Shown here: positions 46,898 through 58,147 of the stretch, piece by piece
How the letters are laid out: each line of letters opens with the position of its first letter
Position numbering within the stretch: position 1 is the first letter of the stretch
Assembly: GCA_030295235.1 (NCBI GenBank)
Contig: AP026143.1
Span: 124,001 to 188,000, forward strand
Source: Fistulifera solaris
Lineage: Eukaryota
Reading direction: 5' to 3'
DNA: 64,000 bases
Notes under the pieces: model-generated
Told to the model about the DNA's origin: nothing
The model's input: only the letters and a program-made list of their open reading frames with translations
Database searches by the model: none
Made by a program: the position numbers and the translations under genes

Positions 46898-49105
46898 TTA
46901 GAATAGACCAATCACTTCGCCCGATTCTGAAATGTCCACATCCATAAAGCCCGGTCGCGTCGACAGTCCCGGAATGGTCATGATGTCACCGCAAATGGGA
47001 TACAAGAATCCCGCACCGACACAACTACGAACTTCACGGACGGGGACGCGGAAACCGGTTGGCGCACCTTTCGCTGAGGCATCGCAACTGAACGAATACT
47101 GCGTCTTGGCAATGCAAATGGGCAAATGACCAAAACCCGATTTCTCGTATTGCTCAATTTGGGCTTGTGCCGTGGGAGAATAATCGACACCATCAGCACG
47201 GTACATTTCTTTGCAAATAATTTCAATCTTTTCTTGAATGCTTTTGCTGCTTTCATACAGAAGGCGAAAATTTTCGGTCTGACTGTCCGCACACGCTTGT
47301 TCGACCGCTTCGGCCAAAGCGGCCGCTCCTTTGCCGCCCTCGGCCCAGTGATTCGATACGACCGCCGCAAAGGCTCCCGCTTGCAAAGCATTGGTGCGAA
47401 TGGCTTCAATTTCCGCCAAAGTATCCGTTTTGAATTGGTTCACCGCCACGACTACATTGACGCCATACTTCTTGGCATTCTCAATGTGTCGAATCAAATT
47501 GGATGTGCCCTTTTCGACCAACTCCACGTTTTCCTGTTGATACTCGATGCTCAATGGCTGTCCCGCGGCCACCGGTGGTCCGCCACCATGCATTTTAAGA
47601 GCACGGACCGTCGCCACAATGACGGCACATTTCGGTTTCAAGCCCGAGGCCCGGCATTTAATGTTGAAAAACTTCTCCATGCCAATATCGGCGCCAAATC
47701 CGGCTTCGGTCACGCAAAAACCGTCGGGACCGACGACCTTGAGGGCAATGGCGTCCGCAATAATGGAACTGGCAGAGGGGATCAAACACAATGAGATCAC
47801 GCCAAAGGAAATGCAAACATCAGAACCGACCGACCTACCTGTTTCCTACCGCAATATTCGCAAAGGGCCCCGCATGGACAAAGACGGGGGAACGTTCCAC
47901 CGTTTGCATCAACGTGGGCATAATCGCATCTTTCATCAAGACCGTCATGGCACCCCCACAACCCAGATCATCGGCCGTCACGGGTTCTCCCTGCTTGTTA
48001 TAGGCCACCACCATGGCCCCCAATTTCTCCCGCATATCGTGCAAATCGGTCGACAAGGCCAAAACGGCCATGACTTCAGAGGCCACGGTAATATCAAAGC
48101 CGGTGCGGCGGGAGTGTTGTACGCGCTCCGAGCCGGATTTGACGGTTTCTTGGGCTCCTAATCCGACCTCGACGGTCCGCAAATGTCGATCGCATGTATC
48201 AAGGACGCGTTGCCACGTAATGGTGGAAGGATCCATATCGAGACGCGCAAATCGACGTTTCTCGTCGGGCGTAAATTCTTCCGGCGGTTTGGTTTCATCA
48301 ATTCCTAACTTTCGCAATCGCCGTTTTTGCACGGCACTGAACGGCTTACTGGTGAGACGTTTGAACAAAGCTTCATCGGATTGACTGGCTTCATGAAAGA
48401 GACGTGTTTCAATAGCAGCAGCGAGTAGATTGTTGGCGGCGGTCACGGCGTGGATCTAGTGTCATCCAAATGAGTGAAAGAAGGAAACAACATCACCAAC
48501 GACGAAGCATCGACACACTTACATCACCCGTCAAATGGAGATTGAATTCTTCCATGGGTCTGCGCAACATGCGTGTGAGTCTATCCCAACACAGGAAAAC
48601 TGGCGTTGATCACTCTACTTACACCACTTGCGCATAACCACCTCCGGCCGCACCGCCTTTGATACCAAACGTCGGTCCCTGCGAGGGTTGTCGAATACAG
48701 GCGACCGTTTTCTTTCCTCGGACAGCAGATAAAGCTTGTGCCAAACCAATGGTGGTCGTCGATTTGCCTTCCCCCAATGGCGTCGGATTGATTCCGGTGA
48801 CGACGACATAATTGCCATCCTCCACATCGAGACGATTCGTCCGGGCCGTGAGAGGAATTTTGGCCTTGGCAATGCCCCACGGAATAATTTCATCGTCATT
48901 CAATCCTAATCTACAAATATTGTGAGATTACCGAAAGAAAGACATGTTTTCTCGCAACGATCACGTACTGTTTTCCAACTTCGGTAATGGGCAACAAACC
49001 GACGTCTCGCACAATCGATTGACTGACTTCAATGTCACTCGGTACCGGCGTCTTTGGTTTCAGAACCGGATAACCCAAGGCGTTTAATTCTTCTTCTGTA
49101 TTCAT
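46898..49105 (-). CDS. FTHFS: Formate-tetrahydrofolate ligase; 5 exons including a 37-bp exon
   Basis: [83 protein letters not shown]. Introns 48911-48968, 48560-48622, 48456-48522 and 47769-47838, all GT-AG. Confidence 0.97.
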
Positions 49106-49216
49106 TCTGAAAGCGACGAAAGAAAAGAGATGAATGAAGTGAAAGTGAAATGAATGATGAAGGATAACACGGAGTTTTTGTTGTTGCAACAACAATAATA
49201 ATCGCTTCAACGTGGA

Positions 49217-49253
49217 ATGACGTCATCCATCCGTTGGTGTCATGGTGACGTCA
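49217..49253. promoter_or_regulatory. Two TGACGTCA (CRE/bZIP-type) palindromes upstream of FTHFS
   Basis: ATGACGTCAT at 49217-49226 and TGACGTCA at 49246-49253, about 110-150 bp upstream of the ATG. Confidence 0.5.
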
Positions 49254-49375
49254 TGTACGAGACTTGCTACCAAGTACAGTATGAATGAATGACAAAACTA
49301 GAGGTTCTCTTCAAGTATACGTAATTTATTAGATAACTAGAACTCCGGTGTATAAAGATATTCATAAAATGCATT

Positions 49376-51035
49376 TCATACAAAAGCTTGCGTTTCAGTA
49401 GTAGTCGATCGATGCGGAAATTGTTCCGGATACACGCGCGACCATCCCGCCGTCAAGGTTTGGTACGCTGCGGGATGATGAATCGCGGCATCCATGGGTC
49501 GTTCCACAAAACACAACATGATGGTGCGGACACCGCTTTCGACAACAAATAGAATCATTCCCGCCAACATCCAACCCGCCACAAAGCCAAAGGCAAAAAC
49601 GGCCCACACAACATGCGTCGCATTCTGCACAAAGACCGCGCCAACGACCGCCAAACCAGCACCAGAAACCAATCCGATACTTCCTTTGATATACCGCAGG
49701 ACTTGAAACAACAATGTGTGCGTTAACAAAAACGTAAATCCCCGTTGTTGAAACAGCGTCATCACATGTTGACCCGCACTCATGTAGTCGTAACCGTAGA
49801 TTCCAACGTACAAGAATGCCCAACTGTTGAAATACTCCAACACACGTCCCAGTGATTCAATCAAACAATCCAATAGACACAACCACAGACTGTCATGACC
49901 GTGTTGGCGCTGTCGCTGACGTCGAGCTTCCGCCACGACACGCTCCAATACTTGGACAAGGGCGACGACCAAACTACCGAAACAGATCGAACCAAACGAG
50001 TAGTAGTAGCACGATGCCAGGCATCGTGAACATCTTGTTGACCCGTGCAACAACAGCAACCTCCCTCCTCTTCCACTTCTTCGTCGGGAGAACGGAACCA
50101 CCACGCTCCGACGGCACCGGCCGTCGTGGCACGAATTACATTTTGTACCACCGACTGGGTCCAATACACGGCCAGTAACCACAGTACGGCCATCCACAGG
50201 GGTATCGAATCGTGACACTGCTGCGCAACATCATCTCCGCACGGCACTAGCTGATTGTGATAATAGACGATTATACCACTCAAGGCCGTCACGGCGACAA
50301 TCCAGTACAGCATCGTCATGACTTGCAACAGTGCCGCATACACAAACAATGACTTGGTGGCATTGACAGCTTGCAATCCGATCTTGAGATTGGCGGCGGT
50401 AAAGGGAATGTAAGGACGTACGACACAATAATGAATCCCCGATAACAATGCCACCAGAACGGCCGTAATCCAAAACGGGGCACACGCGTGCGGATTCACG
50501 AATGTCATAAGAATGGCTACCAACAAACTACTAAAGGGAGCGATGCCAAAGGAAATTTGGACCGCCGTGTGACTGTAGTGTTGCAGGGCTACCAAAACGA
50601 GTGTCACCGATACCATGGCACACGCCAAGGACAAAACGAGAAAGCCCAAGGTCCACGCGACAATTTGTCGTTCTTCCTTGTCCGAAGGAAACATCCACTC
50701 GGCTTCGTCTTCTTGCATGTATGTAGTAAAATTGGAAATCGGAGCCGCCGTGGGTGCAACGGTTGGTGCTATCGTGTCCGGTTCTTCCTGTTTCCACAAA
50801 TACTGAAAAGACCATACCGCCGTTCCCATCATAAGAACGACTTGTAAATAAAATAGAACGGCAAACAACACATCCCGGTACACGGCCGGTTGTTCGTGTC
50901 CGACGCCATCATTTTCATTCGTTTCAAACGAAGCTTCCGCCCGTGTTTCTTCGACCAAGACGTTGGCGTCTTCCACGACGACCACGGGGGCGATTCCTCT
51001 AATAAGGGTTCTTGTAATTCGGGATCGGAACTCAT
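49376..51035 (-). CDS. Choline transporter-like (CTL/SLC44/Pns1 family) membrane protein
   Basis: YRDVLFAVLF, RPYIPF, SFGSICFGSLVVA, YFNSWAFLYVGIYG; about 10 TM segments. Frame corrections at G5 50986-50990 and near 50000. Confidence 0.9.
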
Positions 51036-51774
51036 TCTTTGTGTCGTATGGGATTCTCTGCCGCAAGGATGTTAATAAATTGAGCGATATGTGATGAAAT
51101 TCGGGAAAAGAATTGTCGTACGAGAACGACAATGAAGTAAAGAACAGGATTTGTTTCCTCGACAGTCGTTCGTCTACAAAGAACCCTACTTTCTTATGGA
51201 TCAACTGTCTTTGTTAAAATGCTTCTAATGAAGAACTTCAATGATCTCTCGAACACCTCTTGAATGCCATGGTTCTGTTTCACCCTTTTGCTCCCCACGA
51301 CTCCGCCGGATGGGGCGGCAATCTTTGTCGAACATCCACGCGCTTCCGTTGTAAGCTTCCATTGTAAGTAAGCGCGTGAGCCCTACCTACATTCTTGTAT
51401 CACTATTCCAAATTGTCTTACTCTATAAAATAACATCAGTACCACTTATCTAATTGAGAACCAATTCGGAACAAATTGTAAATATCCAAATAAATCGCAC
51501 AGCGTACACTATCGAACATGAAGTAGATTGGAGGTGTCACAATTTGGCGGTTGGAGCAGGCCGGCATCTGGTCGTCACGTTATTCGTTATTCCCATCATT
51601 CATTATCGTTGTTCTCGCTTTTGCGAACAGGGAGATTTCTTTGAAGTTCTTCTACATCACATCTATCATTCTCCATTTCCTTGTTTGCGAACACAACTCA
51701 TCTATTCATCTATCTCAAAGATTGATTCATTCGTCGAAAACTCTCATCGATTTGACTCTAAAACAACCATCATC

Positions 51775-52842
51775 ATGTCCGTCTTAACTGTAGATGTCAA
51801 TACCGATATCCATCAAGCCCGACGTTTCCCGGCTTGGATTGCTCTCTTTGTCTTCTCGGCCGTCTGTTTGGCGGCCATGACATCGACCACCGACGATGGT
51901 CGGAACACGAAAGAAAATTGGGTCGTCGCCGCCTCGTGTATGAGCATGCTCGTGGCGCTTCTCGCGACGGCGGCGTACCTGTTCGCGCGTCCCCATTTTG
52001 TCGGACGATCGATTGAAGTCTTCGCGGCACTTTTTTTGTTGGTAATCTGGTGTGTCGCCTGGCCGGTCATTATGAACATTGATCACGGTATTGCCGTCGT
52101 GGCGGCCATCGGGGGCGGTATCTATATTGTCAACGCGAACCTTTACTTCTTCACGTGGTTGGCCTTGGCGGCCATTCTCTTTATTGTCGCCAGTGCGGCA
52201 CAAGAATTTGCCAAACTCTCGCTGATTCCCTCCCGAACGAACGCGCGGTGGTTGGCCTTGGCGGCGGCTTCGATTATTGTCATGGCTTCGGCGGGACGCG
52301 TGTTGCGAGACACGTCGACGTGTCAATTGGCGGCCTTTGATGATAGTGAATACTGTCGTCGGACGCGTTGGGCGGTCGGTTTGGGTTGTATCAGTACCAT
52401 TATTGCTCTCTTCTTCTTAGCGGCGTCCCGATGCTTCACGTTGTTTCTCACGGTCGAGTTCGCCATTTCGACGCTCCTTCTCGTCTTGTGGTGCTTTGGT
52501 GTGGGGTACATTACGTTTGGAAATACACCGGGGGCGACGATTTCCAATATATACTTTGGAGCATGGATTGCATTCCTGGTGACCGTCTTTCAGTTTGCTG
52601 ACAACTTTCGTGAATACATGGCGACGCTCAGTCCTTCCGACGAAGGAGGATCGAACAACAAGCGCGATTCCGCCGATGCCATGGAAAAGCAAGATGAGCC
52701 TACCAGTTCTCCTCACAAAGAAGAAGATGAGGAAGACAGTTACGATGAAGTCGACATGTCCAGTGGTGCGGCTTATAAAATTGGCGACGACGAAGACGAT
52801 GATGATATGCCTTCTCGTCGTCGAAACGACGATGCATACTAA
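51775..52842 (+). CDS. Multi-pass membrane protein (two ~4-TM repeats) with acidic C-terminal tail
   Basis: Eight hydrophobic segments; internal repeat ends in ANLYFFTW and SNIYFGAW. Probable ATG at 51775. Confidence 0.8.
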   Translation: MSVLTVDVNTDIHQARRFPAWIALFVFSAVCLAAMTSTTDDGRNTKENWVVAASCMSMLVALLATAAYLFARPHFVGRSIEVFAALFLLVIWCVAWPVIMNIDHGIAVVAAIGGGIYIVNANLYFFTWLALAAILFIVASAAQEFAKLSLIPSRTNARWLALAAASIIVMASAGRVLRDTSTCQLAAFDDSEYCRRTRWAVGLGCISTIIALFFLAASRCFTLFLTVEFAISTLLLVLWCFGVGYITFGNTPGATISNIYFGAWIAFLVTVFQFADNFREYMATLSPSDEGGSNNKRDSADAMEKQDEPTSSPHKEEDEEDSYDEVDMSSGAAYKIGDDEDDDDMPSRRRNDDAY

Positions 52843-53005
52843 ATTGTGAGAAACCCAGATGGGTTTGATTCTATAACTTTATTGTGGTAGTTTTTCTGCA
52901 TAACAAAAACATGAATATATTTATGAATATATGGAATATAGACACGAAGTAGGAGTGTCGAGGAGTTAGACACCGTCCCCTCTTTCTGTAAATGTCGATG
53001 CGCGT

Positions 53006-54124
53006 TCACTTGCCACCCTCTTTTGTAGAAGAAGAAGTCAAAAGAAGATCGGGTTGGCTTCGCAGTAGTTGGAAGATCGTTTCCAACGATGGCAGTGGTT
53101 TCCCTCCCACAACAGCCGCCAACAAAAATGGAAACCATCCTTCTTTGGACCGAGACTGAATGGCACTGGGATACGCCTCCCAAACCAGGCGAATTCCCCT
53201 CGACCACGGAATTTTGTGACGAATGGCCATCATCAGTGGGAACTCTTGAGCCACAGATATCGCCGCCTCACCGTGTTGCAGCAATGCTTGAATAACATCC
53301 GCTTCATGAAGGTGAGGATAAGGGCGATTCTGTAACACCCAGTGCAAAGGTATTAAGCCATCTTTGTCGCGTGTGAGAAAGGCTTCGTCTTTTACGAGTC
53401 GAACGGCAACTTTGAGCAAATGAATTGGGACGTTGCACCGTAAGAAGGCATGCAGCAGGTCGGGCGGTGAAGCGGAGGCTGTGTATGACGAAAGTGCCAG
53501 ATATTGACATTTATCCCAAAACAGTTGAAAATGACGAGGGAGTTCTTCCACGTCCTGTTTTTTGTCGACCAGTAACAGATTCGCAACACACAAATGCCCT
53601 GGAATGGTGGAACTGTACGACTGCCACAGCGTCGTGACACAATGATGACCTTGAAAGGTCCGAACTCGCAAAATTTGTGCGTCCGTCGCTTGGACGAGCG
53701 CTTGTAAGGCTTCCAAACGAGCATTGTGATTGCACGCCGAATGCAACGGTGTTCCTCCAAATTCATTGCGCTGCAGCAACCAGTTGGATGAACCGTGTTG
53801 CAGTAAGACGTGCAATTTGGCCGCCGACGTTTGTAAATTCCGACAGACAAAATGGAACGGTAAATCTTGAAATCGTTCATCGGGTATCCCCATGGCGTCT
53901 GGGTTGGCAGCAGCAACCATACGAATCAAGTCAATGGGTGTATTCGCCGTAGAAGTCACGCAGTGCAACAAAGTCCAGCCGTTCGGAAAGGTTGTATCGT
54001 GAGCGATGCGAGGATGCGCGTGAACGAAAGCTTCCAGCTCGTCCCACTGTTGCTCGTCAATCCATTTTTGAATCTTTTGATGTATATCAGCATCGTTGGC
54101 ATCATTTCGTCTGCCTACTGTCAT
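53006..54124 (-). CDS. Ankyrin-repeat protein
   Basis: GWTLLHCV, DLPFHFVC, GGTPLHSAC, GLIPLHWVL, GWFPFLLAA. Confidence 0.85.
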   Translation of the reverse strand: MTVGRRNDANDADIHQKIQKWIDEQQWDELEAFVHAHPRIAHDTTFPNGWTLLHCVTSTANTPIDLIRMVAAANPDAMGIPDERFQDLPFHFVCRNLQTSAAKLHVLLQHGSSNWLLQRNEFGGTPLHSACNHNARLEALQALVQATDAQILRVRTFQGHHCVTTLWQSYSSTIPGHLCVANLLLVDKKQDVEELPRHFQLFWDKCQYLALSSYTASASPPDLLHAFLRCNVPIHLLKVAVRLVKDEAFLTRDKDGLIPLHWVLQNRPYPHLHEADVIQALLQHGEAAISVAQEFPLMMAIRHKIPWSRGIRLVWEAYPSAIQSRSKEGWFPFLLAAVVGGKPLPSLETIFQLLRSQPDLLLTSSSTKEGGK

Positions 54125-54437
54125 TGTGATCAATATTCATGCGTGCTTTATGAGAAAAGACAAGTACAATAGGATAGAATGGGGGCCTTTTTCTCATGGA
54201 GAATATGTCGCTGAACATCATGTCGGTGTCGACGGTCACTTCGTGATCGGCATCGATGTTCGCGCCATATCATCCGGTACTCCCTTTGTATACCTAAATG
54301 TGCTACAGTCGTACTGGTAAACGTTTTGGAATGGAAAAAGACGCGACTTTATTGCTTGTCGCCTATAAATTCTTTGAGATCTCTCGTCTTTATTTTCTGG
54401 CTCTTTCTTCGCTACTCGTATCACTGTTTTTACTAAT

Positions 54438-55181
54438 ATGCCAAACACTGTTGCGTTTGTACAAATCAACAAACGCGTTCACAACGTGACGGGCGTGTGG
54501 GGACCCGTCGATGCCGTTCATCAATTCTGTGAACCACATTACGGCACGACCGTCTATTTGGCGGAGTGTTACAATGCGCTCAGTAGTCTCTGGTATATCT
54601 TGTTGGCGTATCGATTGCTATACTACCCGAAGAAACAACAACAACCATCGTGGATTCTTCGAACCTTGACCGGTTGGTTAAGTATGATTGGTATCGGTTC
54701 GTTCTTGTTTCACGGAACGATGCGTCGCTCCATGCAATTACTGGATGAAGGACCGATGATGGGTTCCATCGGAACAGCGTTATGGTGGAAGTTAGGTTTG
54801 CATCCATCGACGAGACGACGTGCCGCCTTCTGGCGGTCTGGCATGGTGACGGCGAATGTTGGCATCGTACTGTTGTACGTGGGGCTCGGTTCCTACGAAC
54901 TCTTTGTGCACGGATTCACGAGTATGGTAGTGCTGGATACCATCTTGGCGTACACCATGAAGCAGGGCGATGTAAAGCTACGCAACCAATGTGTAGCGAC
55001 AATTCTGTTGGCACGCATTTTTTGGGAAATGGAGAACTTGTGGTGTGAGACCTTTCCCCGTATTTGGATAGCACACATTGTGTGGCACGTAGCATCGGGG
55101 TTGGCTGCGTATTATGGTGTTTTGTACAATGCGAGTTTGCAGTCTTTGGAAGATGACGACAGGAAGTTCAAGCACTTTTAA
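54438..55181 (+). CDS. Alkaline ceramidase (CREST superfamily)
   Basis: WGPVDAVHQFCEPHY, AECYNALSS, IGIGSFLFHGTM, QLLDEGPM, AHIVWH; about 7 TM segments. Confidence 0.92.
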   Translation: MPNTVAFVQINKRVHNVTGVWGPVDAVHQFCEPHYGTTVYLAECYNALSSLWYILLAYRLLYYPKKQQQPSWILRTLTGWLSMIGIGSFLFHGTMRRSMQLLDEGPMMGSIGTALWWKLGLHPSTRRRAAFWRSGMVTANVGIVLLYVGLGSYELFVHGFTSMVVLDTILAYTMKQGDVKLRNQCVATILLARIFWEMENLWCETFPRIWIAHIVWHVASGLAAYYGVLYNASLQSLEDDDRKFKHF

Positions 55182-55432
55182 TGTTGCGAGAGAAGGACAA
55201 CACGTTTGTGATGGATTCAGAAGTCCCATTGAACCTTAGTTGAAAAAATGCATTTAACGTTAACACTACCGTACTAAGTCTAATTGCATGGTTTTGAATA
55301 AGCGTTGATGATGTTTTTACTTTTTGTTTATTATTTGCTCTAATATTCTTCGATGTTGTAATTGCATTTTTATTGCGATCACGACAGCACTGCTTATCTC
55401 TTTTCTCTTTTGTATTCACAACGACAGCAACA

Positions 55433-56203
55433 ATGATGAAGCCGCTGCTGTTCCTATTGCTAGCGTTGCTGACACAATCGGTGCAATCCTTCACGGCTCG
55501 CACGCATTCCTTGTCACGCCCTTTGTCTCCGCTGTCACGACCCTTGCTCCACGCGAACAAGAATACTCCTTTTGATGACACTAATGACGACGACGACGAA
55601 GACCTTTTGATCATTCCTTCGTATTTACTAACGGCTAGCAAATCCTTGCGCCGGGTCTCGTGGTTCTCGTGGTGGAGTCAAGTCATTTTGACGTCGGTTT
55701 CGGGCGTCATTCTCGGGTTTGCCCGTCGCACCTTAGTGCAACGCAATACCGCACTGTCAACGGGAGGCACGTCCAGTTTCTTCTTGTCGGGCATTGGTTT
55801 GATTGTGTCGGCCGTATCGATTTTGTGGACGTGGGGCAATGGTAGTCGCTTGTCGCGTCGACTAATCCGACGACCACTTCCCCGCGCCAAAGCCGCGCAC
55901 ATGTTGCGACGGGCCGTCCAAGTTGGTGTCACCATTAATTTGGTCGGTCTCTTGGTCCATTTGTTGGCCGCCGAAGAAATTGTTGGAACGTTGGCGTTGC
56001 AAGTCTTGACGTCGTCTTCCTCACGCAATGCCATGTTTCCCGAAGGACTGGTACAACCCTTGGATATTTTGGTTGTACAAGCGAATACGAATTCGTTGCT
56101 CAGTCATTTTTGCAGTTTGGCGTCGTTGTTGTTTTATACCAAGCAGATTGATCAAGTTGATCCTCCACAAAGTAGTAGTATTAGAGCGAAGGAGCCAGAG
56201 TAA
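55433..56203 (+). CDS. DUF3611-family membrane protein with bipartite plastid presequence
   Basis: Signal peptide ending SVQS|F followed by an S/R-rich transit peptide. Family-like motifs LRRVSWFSWWSQVIL and PLDILVVQANTNSLLSHF. Confidence 0.85.
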   Translation: MMKPLLFLLLALLTQSVQSFTARTHSLSRPLSPLSRPLLHANKNTPFDDTNDDDDEDLLIIPSYLLTASKSLRRVSWFSWWSQVILTSVSGVILGFARRTLVQRNTALSTGGTSSFFLSGIGLIVSAVSILWTWGNGSRLSRRLIRRPLPRAKAAHMLRRAVQVGVTINLVGLLVHLLAAEEIVGTLALQVLTSSSSRNAMFPEGLVQPLDILVVQANTNSLLSHFCSLASLLFYTKQIDQVDPPQSSSIRAKEPE

Positions 56204-56319
56204 ATGTAGAAAAAAGAGACAACAATCAAGTCTTCAAACGAAACGAAGGATTGATTACACATTATTATTTAAAGGCTGCGATCATTTCTTTGCCTAAGAT
56301 TATGATTACTACTGTTGCT

Positions 56320-57660
56320 TTATTCACGCAATTCCTGTACTTTTTCGTACAATCGTTCACAAAAGCCGAAAGCATCTTCTTCCAAAACATCTTGCAATTC
56401 CGGTAATAATTGGGTCACCGTCTTTTGTGCTTGGACTTGTTGACAAACAAAATCGACCAAACTCATTTCGGCTTCCCCCAACAATTGTTGAATTTGGGTG
56501 GCTACGAAATCCCGGAATGGTGTTTGGGCCGTGGAAGGAATCGAGAGGGGTTGAGATTGCCAGTCATCAGTTTTCCTGCGTTTGGTGGGTGATGGCTCCG
56601 ATCCTTCCGACGGTGGTGGCTGTTGGGCCTGCTGTGTCATCCAAGCGGGTAAATTGGAAACACCCCGGGGTGCCGCGATTTGCGGTGGTGGAAGTTGTCC
56701 AAGCGATGGTGGTGGTGGTGGTGGAGGAGGAAGGTTTCCCGGTAACAACGGTGGAGGAGGTAGTTGACTTCCCAGTGGTGGCGGAGGCACACCCGGGAGC
56801 GGAGGAGGAGGAGGAGGCAACTGACCGGCCATCGACGCACCCGGAAGCGGAGGAGGAGGCAACTGACTGGGCGGTGGTGGTGCACCCGGAAGTGGAGGCA
56901 ACTGACTGGGCGGTACACCTGGCACTCCACCCGCCAACATGCGCTGTCGTACAATAGGCTTCCAGTGCTCTATTTTGGATTTGACCAATTCTTGACGTCG
57001 TGTCGCTTTCCCACCCTGCTGACGTGCCAATTTGCGTCGAAATTCACGAACTGCCGCCAAGACGGCCGGTGTTGTCAAAGGATCTTCTTCTTCCTCATCG
57101 TCTTGTTCTTCGTCACTGTCGGGGCCTCGAATGACCGGCTCTTTGACGGTCACCGGTGCCACCACCGGAGTGGGTCGATTCGGATCCGGAAACGATGCGA
57201 CCAATCGATCTCCCAATACCTGTACAGTCGTCGGATCCATCATGGCCGGTGGAACGGGGATATCGGGATGTGTCGGCACCAAATGAACTTGAAATTTCTG
57301 TATAGTGTCTTTCTGTGTATCATCCACTTTGGCCAAAAATTCCGTTTGAAAATGTCGAAAGGCTGTCACCACTTTGAGAGCTCCATCCGCGTGTGACATG
57401 GTCAATAAAGCGGTGCGCATGCTTTCCTCCTCTTGTTTCGGTACCTTCTCCTCCTCGTCTTCATCTTGTTCGGGAGGTACAAACATGACGTGTCGTACGT
57501 TGCCACACGGCATCAACCATTCCCGAAGGACCTGTCGTTTGTGCAAGACGGCCGGAAGATGCGTCAACAAGACGACGTTCGTCGCTCCCGGTCGTCCACG
57601 GGGCGGCGGCGGTGCCGGTAATCCTACGACCGGCGGTGCGGGAAGAGGAGGATAGTTCAT
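56320..57660 (-). CDS. Proline-rich RNA-processing protein with degenerate RRM and C-terminal PWI domain
   Basis: PWI-like FRDFVATQIQQLLGEAEMSLVDFV...ELQDVLEEDAFGFCERLY. RRM-like VVLLTHLP...LREWLMPCGNV. RGVSNLPAWM motif and poly-Pro repeats. Confidence 0.8.
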   Translation of the reverse strand: MNYPPLPAPPVVGLPAPPPPRGRPGATNVVLLTHLPAVLHKRQVLREWLMPCGNVRHVMFVPPEQDEDEEEKVPKQEEESMRTALLTMSHADGALKVVTAFRHFQTEFLAKVDDTQKDTIQKFQVHLVPTHPDIPVPPAMMDPTTVQVLGDRLVASFPDPNRPTPVVAPVTVKEPVIRGPDSDEEQDDEEEEDPLTTPAVLAAVREFRRKLARQQGGKATRRQELVKSKIEHWKPIVRQRMLAGGVPGVPPSQLPPLPGAPPPPSQLPPPPLPGASMAGQLPPPPPPLPGVPPPPLGSQLPPPPLLPGNLPPPPPPPPSLGQLPPPQIAAPRGVSNLPAWMTQQAQQPPPSEGSEPSPTKRRKTDDWQSQPLSIPSTAQTPFRDFVATQIQQLLGEAEMSLVDFVCQQVQAQKTVTQLLPELQDVLEEDAFGFCERLYEKVQELRE

Positions 57661-57957
57661 TTTTAAGTAGTATGAATAACGGATCAAATGCGAAAAAAAA
57701 GTTCAAACCAAAGGAAATGTGTGTGTGCCTATTGTCCTATTGTCAACAGCCGCCTCCTTGCATTTTCTGAGATGCGGCCGTTTGGCTTCACATAACGCGG
57801 TGAGAATACCAGACGGTACCGCGTCATTGACTTTTCCTACTTAAGCAAGTGCCGGCACGCGATTAGGCGCGCCCTAAGATATTCATTTAGGATTCTTCAG
57901 AGCACATACACGCCGATGAGATGATTCGTCACACATCACACCACTCACTTAATGTTT

Positions 57958-57965
57958 TGAATCTC
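57958..57965 (+). promoter_or_regulatory. Candidate PSR-type phosphate-starvation element TGAATCTC upstream of PhoX copy 1
   Basis: Matches YGAATCTH, recalled as the Phaeodactylum PtPSR motif; ~190 bp upstream of the probable ATG. Confidence 0.4.
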
Positions 57966-58147
57966 TACCCGACTTTTCCCAATTCTTAAAGTGTGAGAAA
58001 TACGGAATACTCCGCCTTGTTTTCATCACGTTACAAGAGAAACAATTGATGGAATGTTAATGTTATTTCAAAGATCATGACAAAGACGTCTATCCTTCCT
58101 CCCCGTCGTCTTTGACGACTTTGTCCGATACCGAGCATGATTTGCCG

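Noticed and set aside
47126..48384. Long antisense ORFs over FTHFS (and similar ones over other genes)
   Set aside because: Explained by codon bias of the sense gene; the translations have no recognisable motifs.
56640..56940. Formin FH1 or WASP-type actin regulator suggested by poly-Pro runs
   Set aside because: No FH2 or WH2 domain; the C-terminus is PWI-like, pointing to RNA processing.
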